The notes below the pieces were generated by a model that saw only the letters and a list, made by a program, of their open reading frames with translations, searched no databases and had not been told where the DNA came from. A DNA stretch of 64,000 bases from Candidatus Thermosaccharophagus tengchongensis (GTDB lineage: Bacteria > Armatimonadota > Fervidibacteria > Fervidibacterales > Thermosaccharophagaceae): NCBI GenBank assembly GCA_032161105.1, contig JAVHTD010000008.1. One strand, 5' to 3'. Below are positions 49,953 to 59,889 of the stretch, in pieces (position 1 is the first letter of the stretch; the number at the start of each line of letters is the position of its first letter). The position numbers were made by a program, and so were the translations under genes.

Positions 49953-52109
49953 TTAAGTCAACCCTCTCCATCTGCGAATGAGCCATTCAAACGAAAGCAA
50001 AGCCAACACGGCAAGGTATAGCCACGGGAGCGTGTTAAGCCTCCTCGCGGAGACCTCGGCTTGTTTCAGTTTTTTCGCGACCCTCCCCGCTGCAAACTTT
50101 AAAGCCTCATCCGGTGTTAGGAGCTTGCAATTGAGTTTTTCCGATAATGTGCGAAGTGCTATCTCGTTGCGCCCAACACGCATTCGCTCGCTCAGCTGCA
50201 TTGCAGTCACTACCGATGCGCGGTTGCCATTCATCCCGAGTGGCTTAAGCGTCCATGTCCCAGCTTTGTCAAGCCGCACGCGCCCAATGTAGACGCTGCC
50301 ATGCCTGTCCAGATTAAATGTCGCTTGACTGCCGTCCTCATGAGTTGCTTCCACTTTGATTTCGCTTGGTTGCCCCGAAGCCGGTCCACCGTGCCAGACA
50401 GCTCGCACAGTTAGGGTTTCTTTCACATCCGTGAGCGTCTTATCCGGTGTCAGAGTCACCCAGTTATCAACGAGTGGTGATGGCATACACCTTACAATGC
50501 CTTGCCAGAACTTCAAGAACTCAGTGGGCTGTGCTGAGCGCCTTGCTGCGTCCATCCACCATCGCCATGTATCAAATGGGGCGAAGACCATCACCTTACC
50601 GGCACCATAACGATGCCAAACGAGTGCTGCATCGTTGCTAACTGCAGCACCATCGTATCTGAGGAGGATTTGCGATGCCCCTTTTGGTCTCCCGAGGATG
50701 ACGCCATATTTAAGCTTTGGGAGACCCTTCCAAAGGCGCTTTGATGTTTCCTCTCCAAAGCCCATGTTTATCGCCGGGCACTTTAAACCGATGCCTGTGG
50801 GCATTAGCGAAAAGTCAGCAGTTAAAAAATTGCCTTTAGATGGCTCAACCGGAAGCAGCTGCATCAATGTCCTGTCCCTTGAGTTGAGCAAGCTCCTATC
50901 GCCGCCGAGTATGAGCAATGTCCCGCCACGCTCGCCAACATACCATGCAAGCTCATCAATCGCCCTCGGTGGAAGTGAGCTTGCATCAATGTTCCCAACG
51001 ATGACTATGTCAAACTTGTTCAGCGTTGCCCTATCAATGCTCAGCCTGAGCACCTGTTCGCCGCTTACTAAATCACCTTGCGCCAAGAAGCCGGCTCCAT
51101 CCCTCTCGCTGAGCGAGAGAAGCTCAATTGCGCCATCGCTCTCAAGTGCTCTTTTAATGAACTTGAACTCAGGGTTTGGTGAGCCGGCGATGAAAAGTGC
51201 CCTTACATTGCGCTCAACCGTCCTTATGAATGCCATTGCCCTGTTATCCTCGGTGAGTTGCTCATGCTCACCGGGTGTGCAACTCGCTGTAATCACATGT
51301 TCACCAGGCGGTGTGGAGAGGGTCAACTCAAATGTTTTTCTCGCATCGTGCCTCGTCAGCGCCAATCGGCTTTGATGTATTCGCCTCCCGTCAAGCGAGA
51401 CAGTTAGTTCGCCACTATAGCTTTCACCGCTCGCTAACCTAACTGAGCATCGGACTGATACCGTGCTCTTTGGGAAAGTGAGGATAAATCGCGGTGTCAC
51501 CTCAACTGAAACGCTTTGTGCCTCCCCCTTGCCGACGCCAACGATTGCCCAATTGCCGCCGATTGATAAATTGCCGATGGCACTTATAGCTGTTGATAGC
51601 CTATCGGAATCGGCATCTTGACCATCCGTGAGCACGATCACGATGGGTTCATCGCTGTTGCCAATTCGCTGGGCAAATGTAAGCATGTTGGCAACAAGCC
51701 TTGTTTGCTCATCGGCGAACTTGAGTGAGTTCAGTTCATCCAGGTTGACCTCACGGAGGAATTCCCCGAATGCCCAAATGTGTATGTCCGATGGCTCAAC
51801 TATCTTCCCCAACTTACGCGTCATTGTTTTTAGCACACTCATTGCCTCATCATCAGCTCCGCTCAAGCGCATGCTCAGTGAGGTATCAACAAGTATGTGA
51901 ATGGCGGGGTTATACGAACGCCAATGCTTAACGGTCAGCTCAATCGGGGATAGCAGCAGCCAAAGGAGCACAATGGCTAACATGCGCAAGAATAGCGCTA
52001 TAAGCCATCCCTTGCTGCGCCATCTTCGGCGCTCACTCAGGTATGCATACACTGAAAGCATGGCAACCGCAAGCAGAATGGTTTTAAGCATCATGAAGCG
52101 CTTCACCAT
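49953..52109 (-). CDS. Membrane protein with vWA and glutamine-amidotransferase-like domains
   Basis: LVDTSLSM and LTDGQD MIDAS motif; GGTLLILGG, YGAGKV, TWRW; C-terminal EWLIRR. Confidence 0.75.
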   Translation of the reverse strand: MVKRFMMLKTILLAVAMLSVYAYLSERRRWRSKGWLIALFLRMLAIVLLWLLLSPIELTVKHWRSYNPAIHILVDTSLSMRLSGADDEAMSVLKTMTRKLGKIVEPSDIHIWAFGEFLREVNLDELNSLKFADEQTRLVANMLTFAQRIGNSDEPIVIVLTDGQDADSDRLSTAISAIGNLSIGGNWAIVGVGKGEAQSVSVEVTPRFILTFPKSTVSVRCSVRLASGESYSGELTVSLDGRRIHQSRLALTRHDARKTFELTLSTPPGEHVITASCTPGEHEQLTEDNRAMAFIRTVERNVRALFIAGSPNPEFKFIKRALESDGAIELLSLSERDGAGFLAQGDLVSGEQVLRLSIDRATLNKFDIVIVGNIDASSLPPRAIDELAWYVGERGGTLLILGGDRSLLNSRDRTLMQLLPVEPSKGNFLTADFSLMPTGIGLKCPAINMGFGEETSKRLWKGLPKLKYGVILGRPKGASQILLRYDGAAVSNDAALVWHRYGAGKVMVFAPFDTWRWWMDAARRSAQPTEFLKFWQGIVRCMPSPLVDNWVTLTPDKTLTDVKETLTVRAVWHGGPASGQPSEIKVEATHEDGSQATFNLDRHGSVYIGRVRLDKAGTWTLKPLGMNGNRASVVTAMQLSERMRVGRNEIALRTLSEKLNCKLLTPDEALKFAAGRVAKKLKQAEVSARRLNTLPWLYLAVLALLSFEWLIRRWRGLT

Positions 52110-52171
52110 CCAGTGCGCATCTCATTCAAGTCGGCAATATCATGATCCAGCAGATGGCTGCATGAGGGTGC

Positions 52172-52870
52172 TCAGCCTTTTCCCTCAAGCCACTTTACGA
52201 TGGATTGCCAAAGCGTAAGACCGTCAGTGCTCCCGAGGATGGCTTCCGAGCATCTCTCAGGGTGTGGCATCATGCCGAGCACATTCCTTTGCTCATTGCA
52301 TATGCCGGCGATGTTTGCGAGTGAGCCATTTGGGTTAGCCATTGGCGTTACATTTCCATGTTCGTCACAGTATCGGAACACAATTTGCCCATTCGCCTCA
52401 AGCGCTTTGAGCGTCTGCTCGTCGCAGTAATAATTCCCATCGCCATGTGCGACCGGCATGCGCACAATTTGCCCGCGCCGATATAAGTTCGTGAATGGTG
52501 TATCGGTGGTCTCAACCTTGAGGTGAACAAACTTGCACACGAAATGCAGGCTGCGATTTCGCAGCATTGCCCCCGGGAGAAGACCAGCCTCAAGCAAAAT
52601 CTGAAAGCCATTGCAAATGCCTATGACAAGACCGCCTCGCTCGGCGAACTCCGTAACCGCATCCATGACTTTTGAAAACCTCGCAATAGCTCCCGGGCGA
52701 AGATAATCGCCATATGAGAAGCCGCCCGGAAGGATGAGGCAGTCAACATCCTTTAAGTTGGCATCTTCATGCCAGACATACTTAACCGGCTTTCCGAGGA
52801 CATTGCGGATGACATGGTAGCAATCCTGATCGCAGTTTGACCCGGCAAAGACAACGACACCAAAGCGCAT
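52172..52870 (-). CDS. purQ: FGAM synthase glutaminase subunit
   Basis: [34 protein letters not shown]. Confidence 0.97.
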   Translation of the reverse strand: MRFGVVVFAGSNCDQDCYHVIRNVLGKPVKYVWHEDANLKDVDCLILPGGFSYGDYLRPGAIARFSKVMDAVTEFAERGGLVIGICNGFQILLEAGLLPGAMLRNRSLHFVCKFVHLKVETTDTPFTNLYRRGQIVRMPVAHGDGNYYCDEQTLKALEANGQIVFRYCDEHGNVTPMANPNGSLANIAGICNEQRNVLGMMPHPERCSEAILGSTDGLTLWQSIVKWLEGKG

Positions 52871-52915
52871 CCAATCACCCCTTTAAGGTGGCGAGTTTGC
52901 GCACATCATCCAGCT

Positions 52916-53167
52916 CTAATCGGTGTTCTCCACGAGCACCTCATATTCCTCAGTAACTGGGTTTGCGAGAAGCCTCTCACACATCTCCCTTACCATCGCC
53001 GTCACTTCGCTCCCATCCTCGGAATCAAGCGTCAGCTCAATTAGCTTGCCCACTCTCACATCGGTGACAGAGTTATACCCAAGTTGAAGCAATGCCCTTT
53101 TAATCACAGCCCCTTGAGCATCCATTAATGAAGGCTTGAGCCGTATGAGCACTATCGCTTTCTTCAT
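52916..53167 (-). CDS. purS: FGAM synthase subunit PurS
   Basis: LKPSLMDAQG, VRVGK, LLANPVTEEY; directly upstream of purQ. Confidence 0.95.
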   Translation of the reverse strand: MKKAIVLIRLKPSLMDAQGAVIKRALLQLGYNSVTDVRVGKLIELTLDSEDGSEVTAMVREMCERLLANPVTEEYEVLVENTD

Positions 53168-53613
53168 GTGAATCACTCCGCCATCAATCTTTGCTCCCGA
53201 AAGTCAACTCCCCGGCGTCTAAGATGCCATTATCCTTGATGCTGCCTTTCCCATTGAGCTCGTGACAGCCCCTTCCATCCCGCCTTAGCGAGGCACTCTT
53301 TAGAGCAGCGCCCTCTCTGCCGTGCACTGGTTGCACCCGCTTTACACCCATTTTGGCGCGCTTGCCGTTGCGGCATCCTTTGATCCCAAACAAAATTTGC
53401 CATCGCAACCGCACCGCATTTGCGCGAGCAATTCTTGAGAGCCATCAAGATCTGTTCACCATGAGAAGCCCAAATATCGCGGACCATTAGCGCAGGCTTG
53501 TGGAGGAGTAAGCCTCACTGCGTCGCAGTAGCATTTGAACCGGCATTGCGTCACACTGATGATGTCAATCAAGCACCCGCGCAAATGCGCGGTTCAAAAG
53601 AGGGGAATGAAGC

Positions 53614-54132
53614 ATGCATCTGATAACACAGGAGCAAGTGGAGCAAGTTTGGAGCGACATGGCAAAGTATGGTGAGCGGGAAGCGGAAGAGCTTGATGCT
53701 CGCGTCACGAGTGCGCAGCCGAATGTCTTGCCCTTCGCCTTCGCCATGTTGGAGGAACTTCCCGAGAGGGCACAGGAGTGGGCTGTGCACCTTTCATATC
53801 TTGTCACTGAGGTCTTTCTGAGGGCGAGCGGTAACGCTTTACCAGTGGTGTCACTTGAAGAATTCTTGGGAGCTTACGAACAAGTTGGCGACAAGCTTTC
53901 CGAACTTGCAGAAGCTGCGCAATCCGCTGAGGAGGGTGCTCCAACCATAACTGTGGATGAGTTGACAGACCAGCCGAATGTGCTCACCACTGTCATTGAG
54001 GTCCTTGAAGCTGGGGAAGAGGAAGGGGCACTCTCCGGTTCGGAAGCATCCACGATATTCTGCCTAATGCTTGCCGTCATAAATGCATACAATGATGCAT
54101 GGGCACGCTCCAGCGGTCATTCACAGGCGTAA
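53614..54132 (+). CDS. Hypothetical acidic helical protein
   Basis: 172-aa ORF with GAGGGG RBS; the QPNVL motif occurs twice. Confidence 0.7.
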   Translation: MHLITQEQVEQVWSDMAKYGEREAEELDARVTSAQPNVLPFAFAMLEELPERAQEWAVHLSYLVTEVFLRASGNALPVVSLEEFLGAYEQVGDKLSELAEAAQSAEEGAPTITVDELTDQPNVLTTVIEVLEAGEEEGALSGSEASTIFCLMLAVINAYNDAWARSSGHSQA

Positions 54133-54191
54133 ACGGCTTCCACACACTTTGAAGGGAGTCGTCGCTATCCTACCTGTGGGAGCGCTTTTGC

Positions 54192-54704
54192 TCAGAAGTA
54201 TCGCGCTAACAAGCGGCGGCTCCGTGAGTCAAGTGCGTCGCAGTTCGGTATCTCGTATCTCCGTCCATCTTCGTCTATGATGAAGATGCGCGGGTAGCGC
54301 GCTTTGTATATGTTGTCGGTATTCGGTATGTGAAGCTCCATCGCCCCGATATCGGTTTCCACTTCCCAAACCATCCCTCCGGATGCCTTCTCATGCCTTA
54401 TGCGGCGGACTCGCTTTATCTTCGGCATCATGTAGATTCGCTCAAGCTCCTCCCACAGGATTGCCCTTGATGCCGGTTCAATGTTCTGCAAGTCCCTTAT
54501 GATTCCGATCTCCCTTCCATCGGTGTCAAGCACCGAAATGTAATGCGACTTATCCGTTAGCGGTAGCAATCTCACCAGCCTGCCGATCTTCATTCTTTGC
54601 CCATCGCAAATGAGCCACAGCTCATTGTTTTCATCGCGCTCAACTTGCACCTCGCATTCGTCCAACCATCGTATTTCTAAATCCGGTTCAATGTCCCCAT
54701 CCAT
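54192..54704 (-). CDS. DUF1854 family protein
   Basis: RLLPLT-YIS-DGREIGII-ELERIYMMPKI-WEVETDIG-DEDGRRYEI-LDSRSRRLL. Confidence 0.85.
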   Translation of the reverse strand: MDGDIEPDLEIRWLDECEVQVERDENNELWLICDGQRMKIGRLVRLLPLTDKSHYISVLDTDGREIGIIRDLQNIEPASRAILWEELERIYMMPKIKRVRRIRHEKASGGMVWEVETDIGAMELHIPNTDNIYKARYPRIFIIDEDGRRYEIPNCDALDSRSRRLLARYF

Positions 54705-54766
54705 GCTCTGTCACCCCCACAGCCGCTTCAAAAAGGCATCCGGCAAGGGATTGACTGGAACTCATC

Positions 54767-56629
54767 TCATGCCCTGGATGCGTTTCCATTTGAGCCATCA
54801 TTGCCTTCACGGTTATGAGCGTTGCTTTCATTTGAGCTATCTAAGTCACCGTCACCTTTGCCGTTGCCATTATCGTTAAGCAAGCTGTTGCTTAGCATCG
54901 CCTGTATTTGAACGAGGCGCTTATATATTCCGTCTCGCTGCATCAACTCCTCGTGCGTTCCCATTTCAACCACTCGCCCGCTGTCAAGCACGATTAGCCT
55001 GTCGGCGTTGCGCAGCGTTGAGAGCCTGTGTGCTATGGCGAAAGTTGTCCTGCCTTTGAGCAGCCTCTCAAGCGCCTTTTGGATAGCATATTCGGATTCG
55101 CTATCCACTGAGGATGTGGCTTCGTCAAGGATGAGTATCTTTGGGTCTCTCAGGATAGCCCTCGCAATGGAAATCCTTTGCCTCTCACCACCGGAGAGCT
55201 TTGTTCCGCGCTCACCGACATATGTATCGTATGCGTCTGGAAAGTTCAGGATGAATTGGTGTGCATTGGCAGCCTTAGCTGCTTTTATGATCTCCTCCAT
55301 CGTTGCATTCGGTCGCCCGTATGCTATGTTCTCATAGATTGTCCCATGGAACAGGAATGGTTCTTGCAACACCACTCCCATCTTCTCACGCAATGCTTTC
55401 AAGTCAAGCTGCCTCAGGTCATGCCCATCAATCAGTATTCGCCCTTCCTTCGGGTCGTAGAATCGCGCGACGAGTGCTGTAAGAGTTGTCTTGCCGGCAC
55501 CGCTTCTTCCGACTATGCCTATGGTCTCCCCGGGACGGACTTTCAAGCTAATGTCTCTCAACGCCGGCACCCCATCATCCCGCTTTCCGTTGCCGTTGTA
55601 TGAGAAGCTGACCCTGTCAAACACAACTTCGCCCTTGAGTTCGCTCAACTTTATCGGTTGTGATGGTTGCTCAATTTCCGGCTTCGTATCCAGTATCTCA
55701 AACACCCTCTCCGCAGCTGCGGCAGTCCTTTGCCACACATCGTTCAGGTATGTGAGGTTTTGGACGGGCACATAGAACTGGCGGAGATACATCGTGAACA
55801 TTGTCAGCACGCCGATGGTTATTTGTCCATCAAGGACTTGATTGCCACCAATCCACCAGACAAGCATCAGCCCAAAGGTGGATATAAAGCCCATTGTCGG
55901 GAAGAAGAGTGTTGAGAGCCTTGCAGCATCAAGGTTTGAGCGCACTATCCTCTCGCATCTTCCCCTAAAGCGCTTCACCTCGCGCTCCTCTTGGTTGAAG
56001 CATTGGATGACCTTGATGCCGGAAAGCGTTTCAATGAGGAATGAGTGCATCTCAGCGATGACATTCCATAGCCTGCGATACACGACGATGGCGAGCTCAC
56101 GATAGTATACAGTGAGGATTGCGAGCAGCGGTGCCGGAAGTAATGCTATCAGGGCGAGGTGCACATTTGTCCTGAAGAGCACAATGGCGATCCCTACGAG
56201 GGTTATGAGGTCAATCAGTATGGATGGGACATTGTGGACAATGAATTGCTCAAGTGCAGTCACATCACCAGTTATGCGCGACATGATCTGACCGCTGCGG
56301 CGCGCTTCAAAGAAAGACATGTCAAGGTTTGCCACATGCTCGTAGAGGCGTGTGCGCAGGTCGTAGAGGACTCTTTGACCGAGCCATGCCATCAAATAAT
56401 TCCTAACCATGCTCAAAAGGGTTGAGGCAAGATACACGCCGAGTAGGGCGATGGTCAGCCACAGCAGCAAAACCCTGTTGTGCTTCATGATTGCGTCGTC
56501 AATCAGTATGCGCATGAGCATCGGTGGGACGAGCGAAAGCCAAGTAAGTGTGACAGCCAAGGTCAGTCCAAGGATTGCTTGCCATGCGTATGGTCTGAGG
56601 AAGCTGACCAATCGTCCAATTAGTGACAT
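54767..56629 (-). CDS. ABC exporter, fused permease and ATPase
   Basis: TM domain, GRSGAGKT, LSGGERQR, ILDEATS; ATG 56629 after GGAGG. Confidence 0.93.
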   Translation of the reverse strand: MSLIGRLVSFLRPYAWQAILGLTLAVTLTWLSLVPPMLMRILIDDAIMKHNRVLLLWLTIALLGVYLASTLLSMVRNYLMAWLGQRVLYDLRTRLYEHVANLDMSFFEARRSGQIMSRITGDVTALEQFIVHNVPSILIDLITLVGIAIVLFRTNVHLALIALLPAPLLAILTVYYRELAIVVYRRLWNVIAEMHSFLIETLSGIKVIQCFNQEEREVKRFRGRCERIVRSNLDAARLSTLFFPTMGFISTFGLMLVWWIGGNQVLDGQITIGVLTMFTMYLRQFYVPVQNLTYLNDVWQRTAAAAERVFEILDTKPEIEQPSQPIKLSELKGEVVFDRVSFSYNGNGKRDDGVPALRDISLKVRPGETIGIVGRSGAGKTTLTALVARFYDPKEGRILIDGHDLRQLDLKALREKMGVVLQEPFLFHGTIYENIAYGRPNATMEEIIKAAKAANAHQFILNFPDAYDTYVGERGTKLSGGERQRISIARAILRDPKILILDEATSSVDSESEYAIQKALERLLKGRTTFAIAHRLSTLRNADRLIVLDSGRVVEMGTHEELMQRDGIYKRLVQIQAMLSNSLLNDNGNGKGDGDLDSSNESNAHNREGNDGSNGNASRA

Positions 56630-56665
56630 CCTCAAGCCGCCTCCAATTTGGTGCTGTGGTGCGGT

Positions 56666-56714
56666 CAAAAATAAACGCCATCCGTGAGAGCGTGTCATAT
56701 GCTCCTCGGATGGC
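56666..56714 (-). terminator. Intrinsic-terminator-like hairpin in the ABC gene leader (proximal)
   Basis: GCCATCCG...CGGATGGC stem (56677-56714) followed on the minus strand by GTTTATTTTTG. Confidence 0.6.
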
Positions 56715-56752
56715 TGAAGCACTGCGCCGTCACGGGTCTCTAATTGTGCATG

Positions 56753-56808
56753 CAAAAATAAAATGGGCTTTGACTGGCGTGCACTTACGGCACGCCATCA
56801 AAACCCAT
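56753..56808 (-). terminator. Intrinsic-terminator-like hairpin in the ABC gene leader (distal)
   Basis: ATGGG-TTTGA-TGGCGTGC / GCACGCCA-TCAAA-CCCAT stem of about 19 bp, followed on the minus strand by TTTATTTTTG. Confidence 0.65.
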
Positions 56809-57145
56809 CACTTTCACAGCCCGTGCGGTTTATCCACTTTCCACCACAGCACCTTTTTAGCTGCTTTGTTGCATATCCCAACTCACCAGCGGGCTTGCCC
56901 TACGACCACCCCATCCTTCAATCTCACCGCAAACTTACACTATCGTGGTGCGTTGCAGTATTTCAGCTGTCCAATGGCAGGTGCCCGCTGTTCAAAAGTC
57001 ATTTTAGCGCGCAATCGGTGAATGTCAAATTTAGCCGCATCAAAATCCGCTGCAAGCGCGTCCCGAAAGGCTTTTGAAGGTGTCATGCGCGGGCGTGTCA
57101 CACCATACTAATTGATGCATCCACTTCCGGCTCGGGAGGTAAGAC

Positions 57146-57805
57146 ATGACCTTGGGTCTTCTTCTGACGGCTTTGTTCATCTCTCTCTGGCATGCAATGA
57201 TGCCGACGCATTGGCTACCATTTGTGCTTGTAGGTAAAGCCCATCATTGGAGCAGGTTAAAGTTGCTCCTTACAACTTTGCTTGCCGGCGCTTGCCACGC
57301 TACAACGATGCTTGCACTCGGGTTGGTTGCGTGGTTCGTTGGGAAGGGAATAGTTGCAATCTTCTCTTCGGTAGCCAAATATGTCGTCGCATCGGTGCTC
57401 CTTCTCGTTGGTGCTGTCTACATAGCGAGCGCATTGCTCTCACCGCCGCACGGCAGCGGTGAATTCATCAACAAGTTCGGTCACATGAGGTGTGGCGAAT
57501 GCCATCCCAATAGCGGGGGAGAAAAAATTGAATGGTTCGCCGTATTGGCATTGATGCTCATGCTCACACTGTCTCCGTGTCAAGCTATACTGCCGCTTTT
57601 CTTTGCGGCTGCTGCAAGCGGTTTTGAATCGCTCACTGCGCTAATGTTGCTTACTGGCACGGTGACGATGCTCGTGATGGCTTCAATGGTCATGTTGGCT
57701 TCGTGTGGACTTAAGTTGCTCAAGTTGCAGGTGAGCGAGCGCATTGAGAGGATGCTGATTGGCTTAGTGTCAATAGCCCTCATTCTATTCGTCTTTCACC
57801 ACTAA
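57146..57805 (+). CDS. Membrane protein of the Ni/Co transporter-like (RcnA/UreH) superfamily
   Basis: About 6 TM helices, HAMMPTHW motif, His/Cys loop, LSPC. Confidence 0.65.
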   Translation: MTLGLLLTALFISLWHAMMPTHWLPFVLVGKAHHWSRLKLLLTTLLAGACHATTMLALGLVAWFVGKGIVAIFSSVAKYVVASVLLLVGAVYIASALLSPPHGSGEFINKFGHMRCGECHPNSGGEKIEWFAVLALMLMLTLSPCQAILPLFFAAAASGFESLTALMLLTGTVTMLVMASMVMLASCGLKLLKLQVSERIERMLIGLVSIALILFVFHH

Positions 57806-58039
57806 TCCGACGGCAACTTTCGTTGGATTGGGTTGAGGTTACGATTTGACAATGCCTTCCGAAAGCCCAACAGTTGCTTCTGAGTTCAAGTGCGCAGCGC
57901 TTGATGAGGTTATCCTTAATCTGGGGTTGCCGGCGAGCTTCTTGGCGAAAACGAAACTATTGCTCAGGCTGGTGAGTTTGGTCAGCCTTAAAGCTGCCTT
58001 ATGATGCGCTGCTTATCCCGCGTGGTGGTGAGCGTCAGA

Positions 58040-58999
58040 ATGGGCACATTCACATCAGACGGTGTCTTTGGCAAGAGAGCTGCTGAGGTATGGTCAGCGG
58101 TTGACGAATTCGTTGACCACATGCGTTCCCTCAAATCCTCCTCCGTGCATACCTTAAGATGCTACGCAAATGACATCATTCAATTCGCTGCATTCCTTGA
58201 AAGGCTATTTGAGGGTGGCGAGCGGTTCTCGTGGGAAGAAGTCAATGCAACTCACGTAAGGCAGTTCGTGATGGAGTTGACGATGAAAGGCTACTCAAAG
58301 CGCTCAATCGCTCGCAAGCTTTCTTCGCTGCGCGCCTTCTTTCGCTACTTGGTCAGCAGGCGTCGCATAAAGTCAAACCCGGCGGTTTTCATCCGCGCCC
58401 CAAAGCTCCCAATGACGCTCCCAAGAGCGCTCACGGTCGCTGAGGTTGAGGCGTTACTTAAAGCGCCTGATGATAGCAGCCCGATTGGGCTGCGCGATAA
58501 AGCAATTCTTGAGGTGCTCTATTCAACGGGAATGCGCGTCGGTGAACTCGTTCGCCTCAATTGCACCGATGTCAACATGGCGGTTGGGGAGATCATCGTC
58601 ACCGGGAAGGGCGGGAAACAGCGGATAGTGCTCCTCGGTGAGCCAGCGCAAATTGCATTGAGGGAGTATCTTGAAAGGGCGCGCCACAAGTTCGCCACCA
58701 GTCGCAGCGGTGTAAATTCTGAGGCGCTCTTTTTGAGCAGACGCGGCACGAGGCTGACAGAGAGGCAAGTGCACAGGATAGTTGTGAGATATGCGCAACT
58801 CGCCGGATTGGGCGATAAGGTCACACCGCATACGCTGCGCCATTCATTTGCCACACACATGCTTGAGGGCGGTGCAGATTTGCGCGTTGTTCAGGAGCTG
58901 CTTGGGCACGCGTCGCTTATAACGACGCAAATTTATACTCGCACATCAATGGCTCACCTTAAGCGCGTCTATGACATGGCTCATCCAAGAGCAAGGTGA
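58040..58999 (+). CDS. xerC: Tyrosine recombinase XerC
   Basis: SIARKLSSLRAFF, RDKAILEVLYSTGMRVGEL, GKGGKQR, HTLRHSFATHMLEGGADLR, LGHASL-TQIYT, HPRA. Confidence 0.9.
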   Translation: MGTFTSDGVFGKRAAEVWSAVDEFVDHMRSLKSSSVHTLRCYANDIIQFAAFLERLFEGGERFSWEEVNATHVRQFVMELTMKGYSKRSIARKLSSLRAFFRYLVSRRRIKSNPAVFIRAPKLPMTLPRALTVAEVEALLKAPDDSSPIGLRDKAILEVLYSTGMRVGELVRLNCTDVNMAVGEIIVTGKGGKQRIVLLGEPAQIALREYLERARHKFATSRSGVNSEALFLSRRGTRLTERQVHRIVVRYAQLAGLGDKVTPHTLRHSFATHMLEGGADLRVVQELLGHASLITTQIYTRTSMAHLKRVYDMAHPRAR

Positions 59000-59109
59000 G
59001 GTAAATGCATGCGCGTGTATTTTGATCAACAGGTTGCATTAAACTCAATGGTGGGTGATGCGCTGTTTTGAAGCGTGATAATGACGGCTGGATAAATTTG
59101 GGGGGCAAA

Positions 59110-59763
59110 ATGCCAATGTCGCAATCCATCATCTCTGAGTTGGCGCAGCGATTGGGAAAAAGCGAGGAGGAAGTTCTCAAGTTTTTTCAACTGCTATGGC
59201 AGGTCATGCCGCCATCCCCTGAAACACAGCCCTATTTTTTCCGTTACCTTGATGAGCGCTTCTTGCGTTTAGAGGACCGTTACACAACGCTGCGACAAGA
59301 AATGCACCAACAGATTGAGGCGCTCAGGAAGGACATGCAGCAGGGCGATGCGGCGCTTCAACAGCAGATTGAATTGCTGCGTGAAGACATGCAGCGCGAA
59401 ATTGGGCTGTTGCGCGAGGACATGCAGCGTGAGGTTGGGCAACTGCGCAAAGATATGCAACAACAGGTTGAGGCACTTAGGAAGGACATGCAGCAGGGTG
59501 ATGCAGTGCTTCAACAGCGGATTGAGTCGCTGCGCGAGGACATGCAGCGTGAGGTTGGGCAACTGCGCAAAGATATGCAACAACAGGTTGAGGCGCTCAG
59601 GAAGGACATGCAGCAGGGTGATGCTATATTGCGCCAAGAAATAGAGGGGTTGTGCAGGCATGTTGAGCGTGTGGAGAAGTGGCTTTTTGCACTTACGGTG
59701 CCAGTGTTAGTTTCAACTCTTGGTATCTTAGCTTTATTCCTTCAAGCCTACTTTAGCCGTTAA
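59110..59763 (+). CDS. Coiled-coil repeat protein with C-terminal TM anchor (DUF1640/CCDC90-like)
   Basis: Repeated LR(K/E)DMQ units and a hydrophobic tail. Confidence 0.75.
   Translation: MPMSQSIISELAQRLGKSEEEVLKFFQLLWQVMPPSPETQPYFFRYLDERFLRLEDRYTTLRQEMHQQIEALRKDMQQGDAALQQQIELLREDMQREIGLLREDMQREVGQLRKDMQQQVEALRKDMQQGDAVLQQRIESLREDMQREVGQLRKDMQQQVEALRKDMQQGDAILRQEIEGLCRHVERVEKWLFALTVPVLVSTLGILALFLQAYFSR
59308..59624 (+). repeat. Intragenic tandem repeat (33/54-nt units, 120-nt higher-order period)
   Basis: 59411-59504 is nearly identical to 59531-59624; GA(C/T)ATGCA recurs 8 times. Confidence 0.9.
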
Positions 59764-59889
59764 AAGAACTTTGTTCATCCGCAGTAGCTCGCAAGCAGGA
59801 TTGGCAAGGAGATGACATTTGATTGGAGCAATCACGGGTGCAACAGCACTTCATCTCACAAATGCTTGTGCAGGGCACGAGAAACGGCT

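Noticed and set aside
53184..53487. Short minus-strand ORFs or a ZTP/PRPP riboswitch upstream of purS
   Set aside because: The ORFs have no recognisable motifs, and I did not find the riboswitch consensus sequences; only several short hairpins are present.
58040..58999. Tyrosine recombinase as the integrase of a mobile element
   Set aside because: It has canonical XerC/D motifs and the HPRA ending, with no att repeats, tRNA, phage or cargo genes nearby.
59308..59624. CRISPR array
   Set aside because: The repeats are in-frame coding units with no unique spacers, and no cas genes are present.
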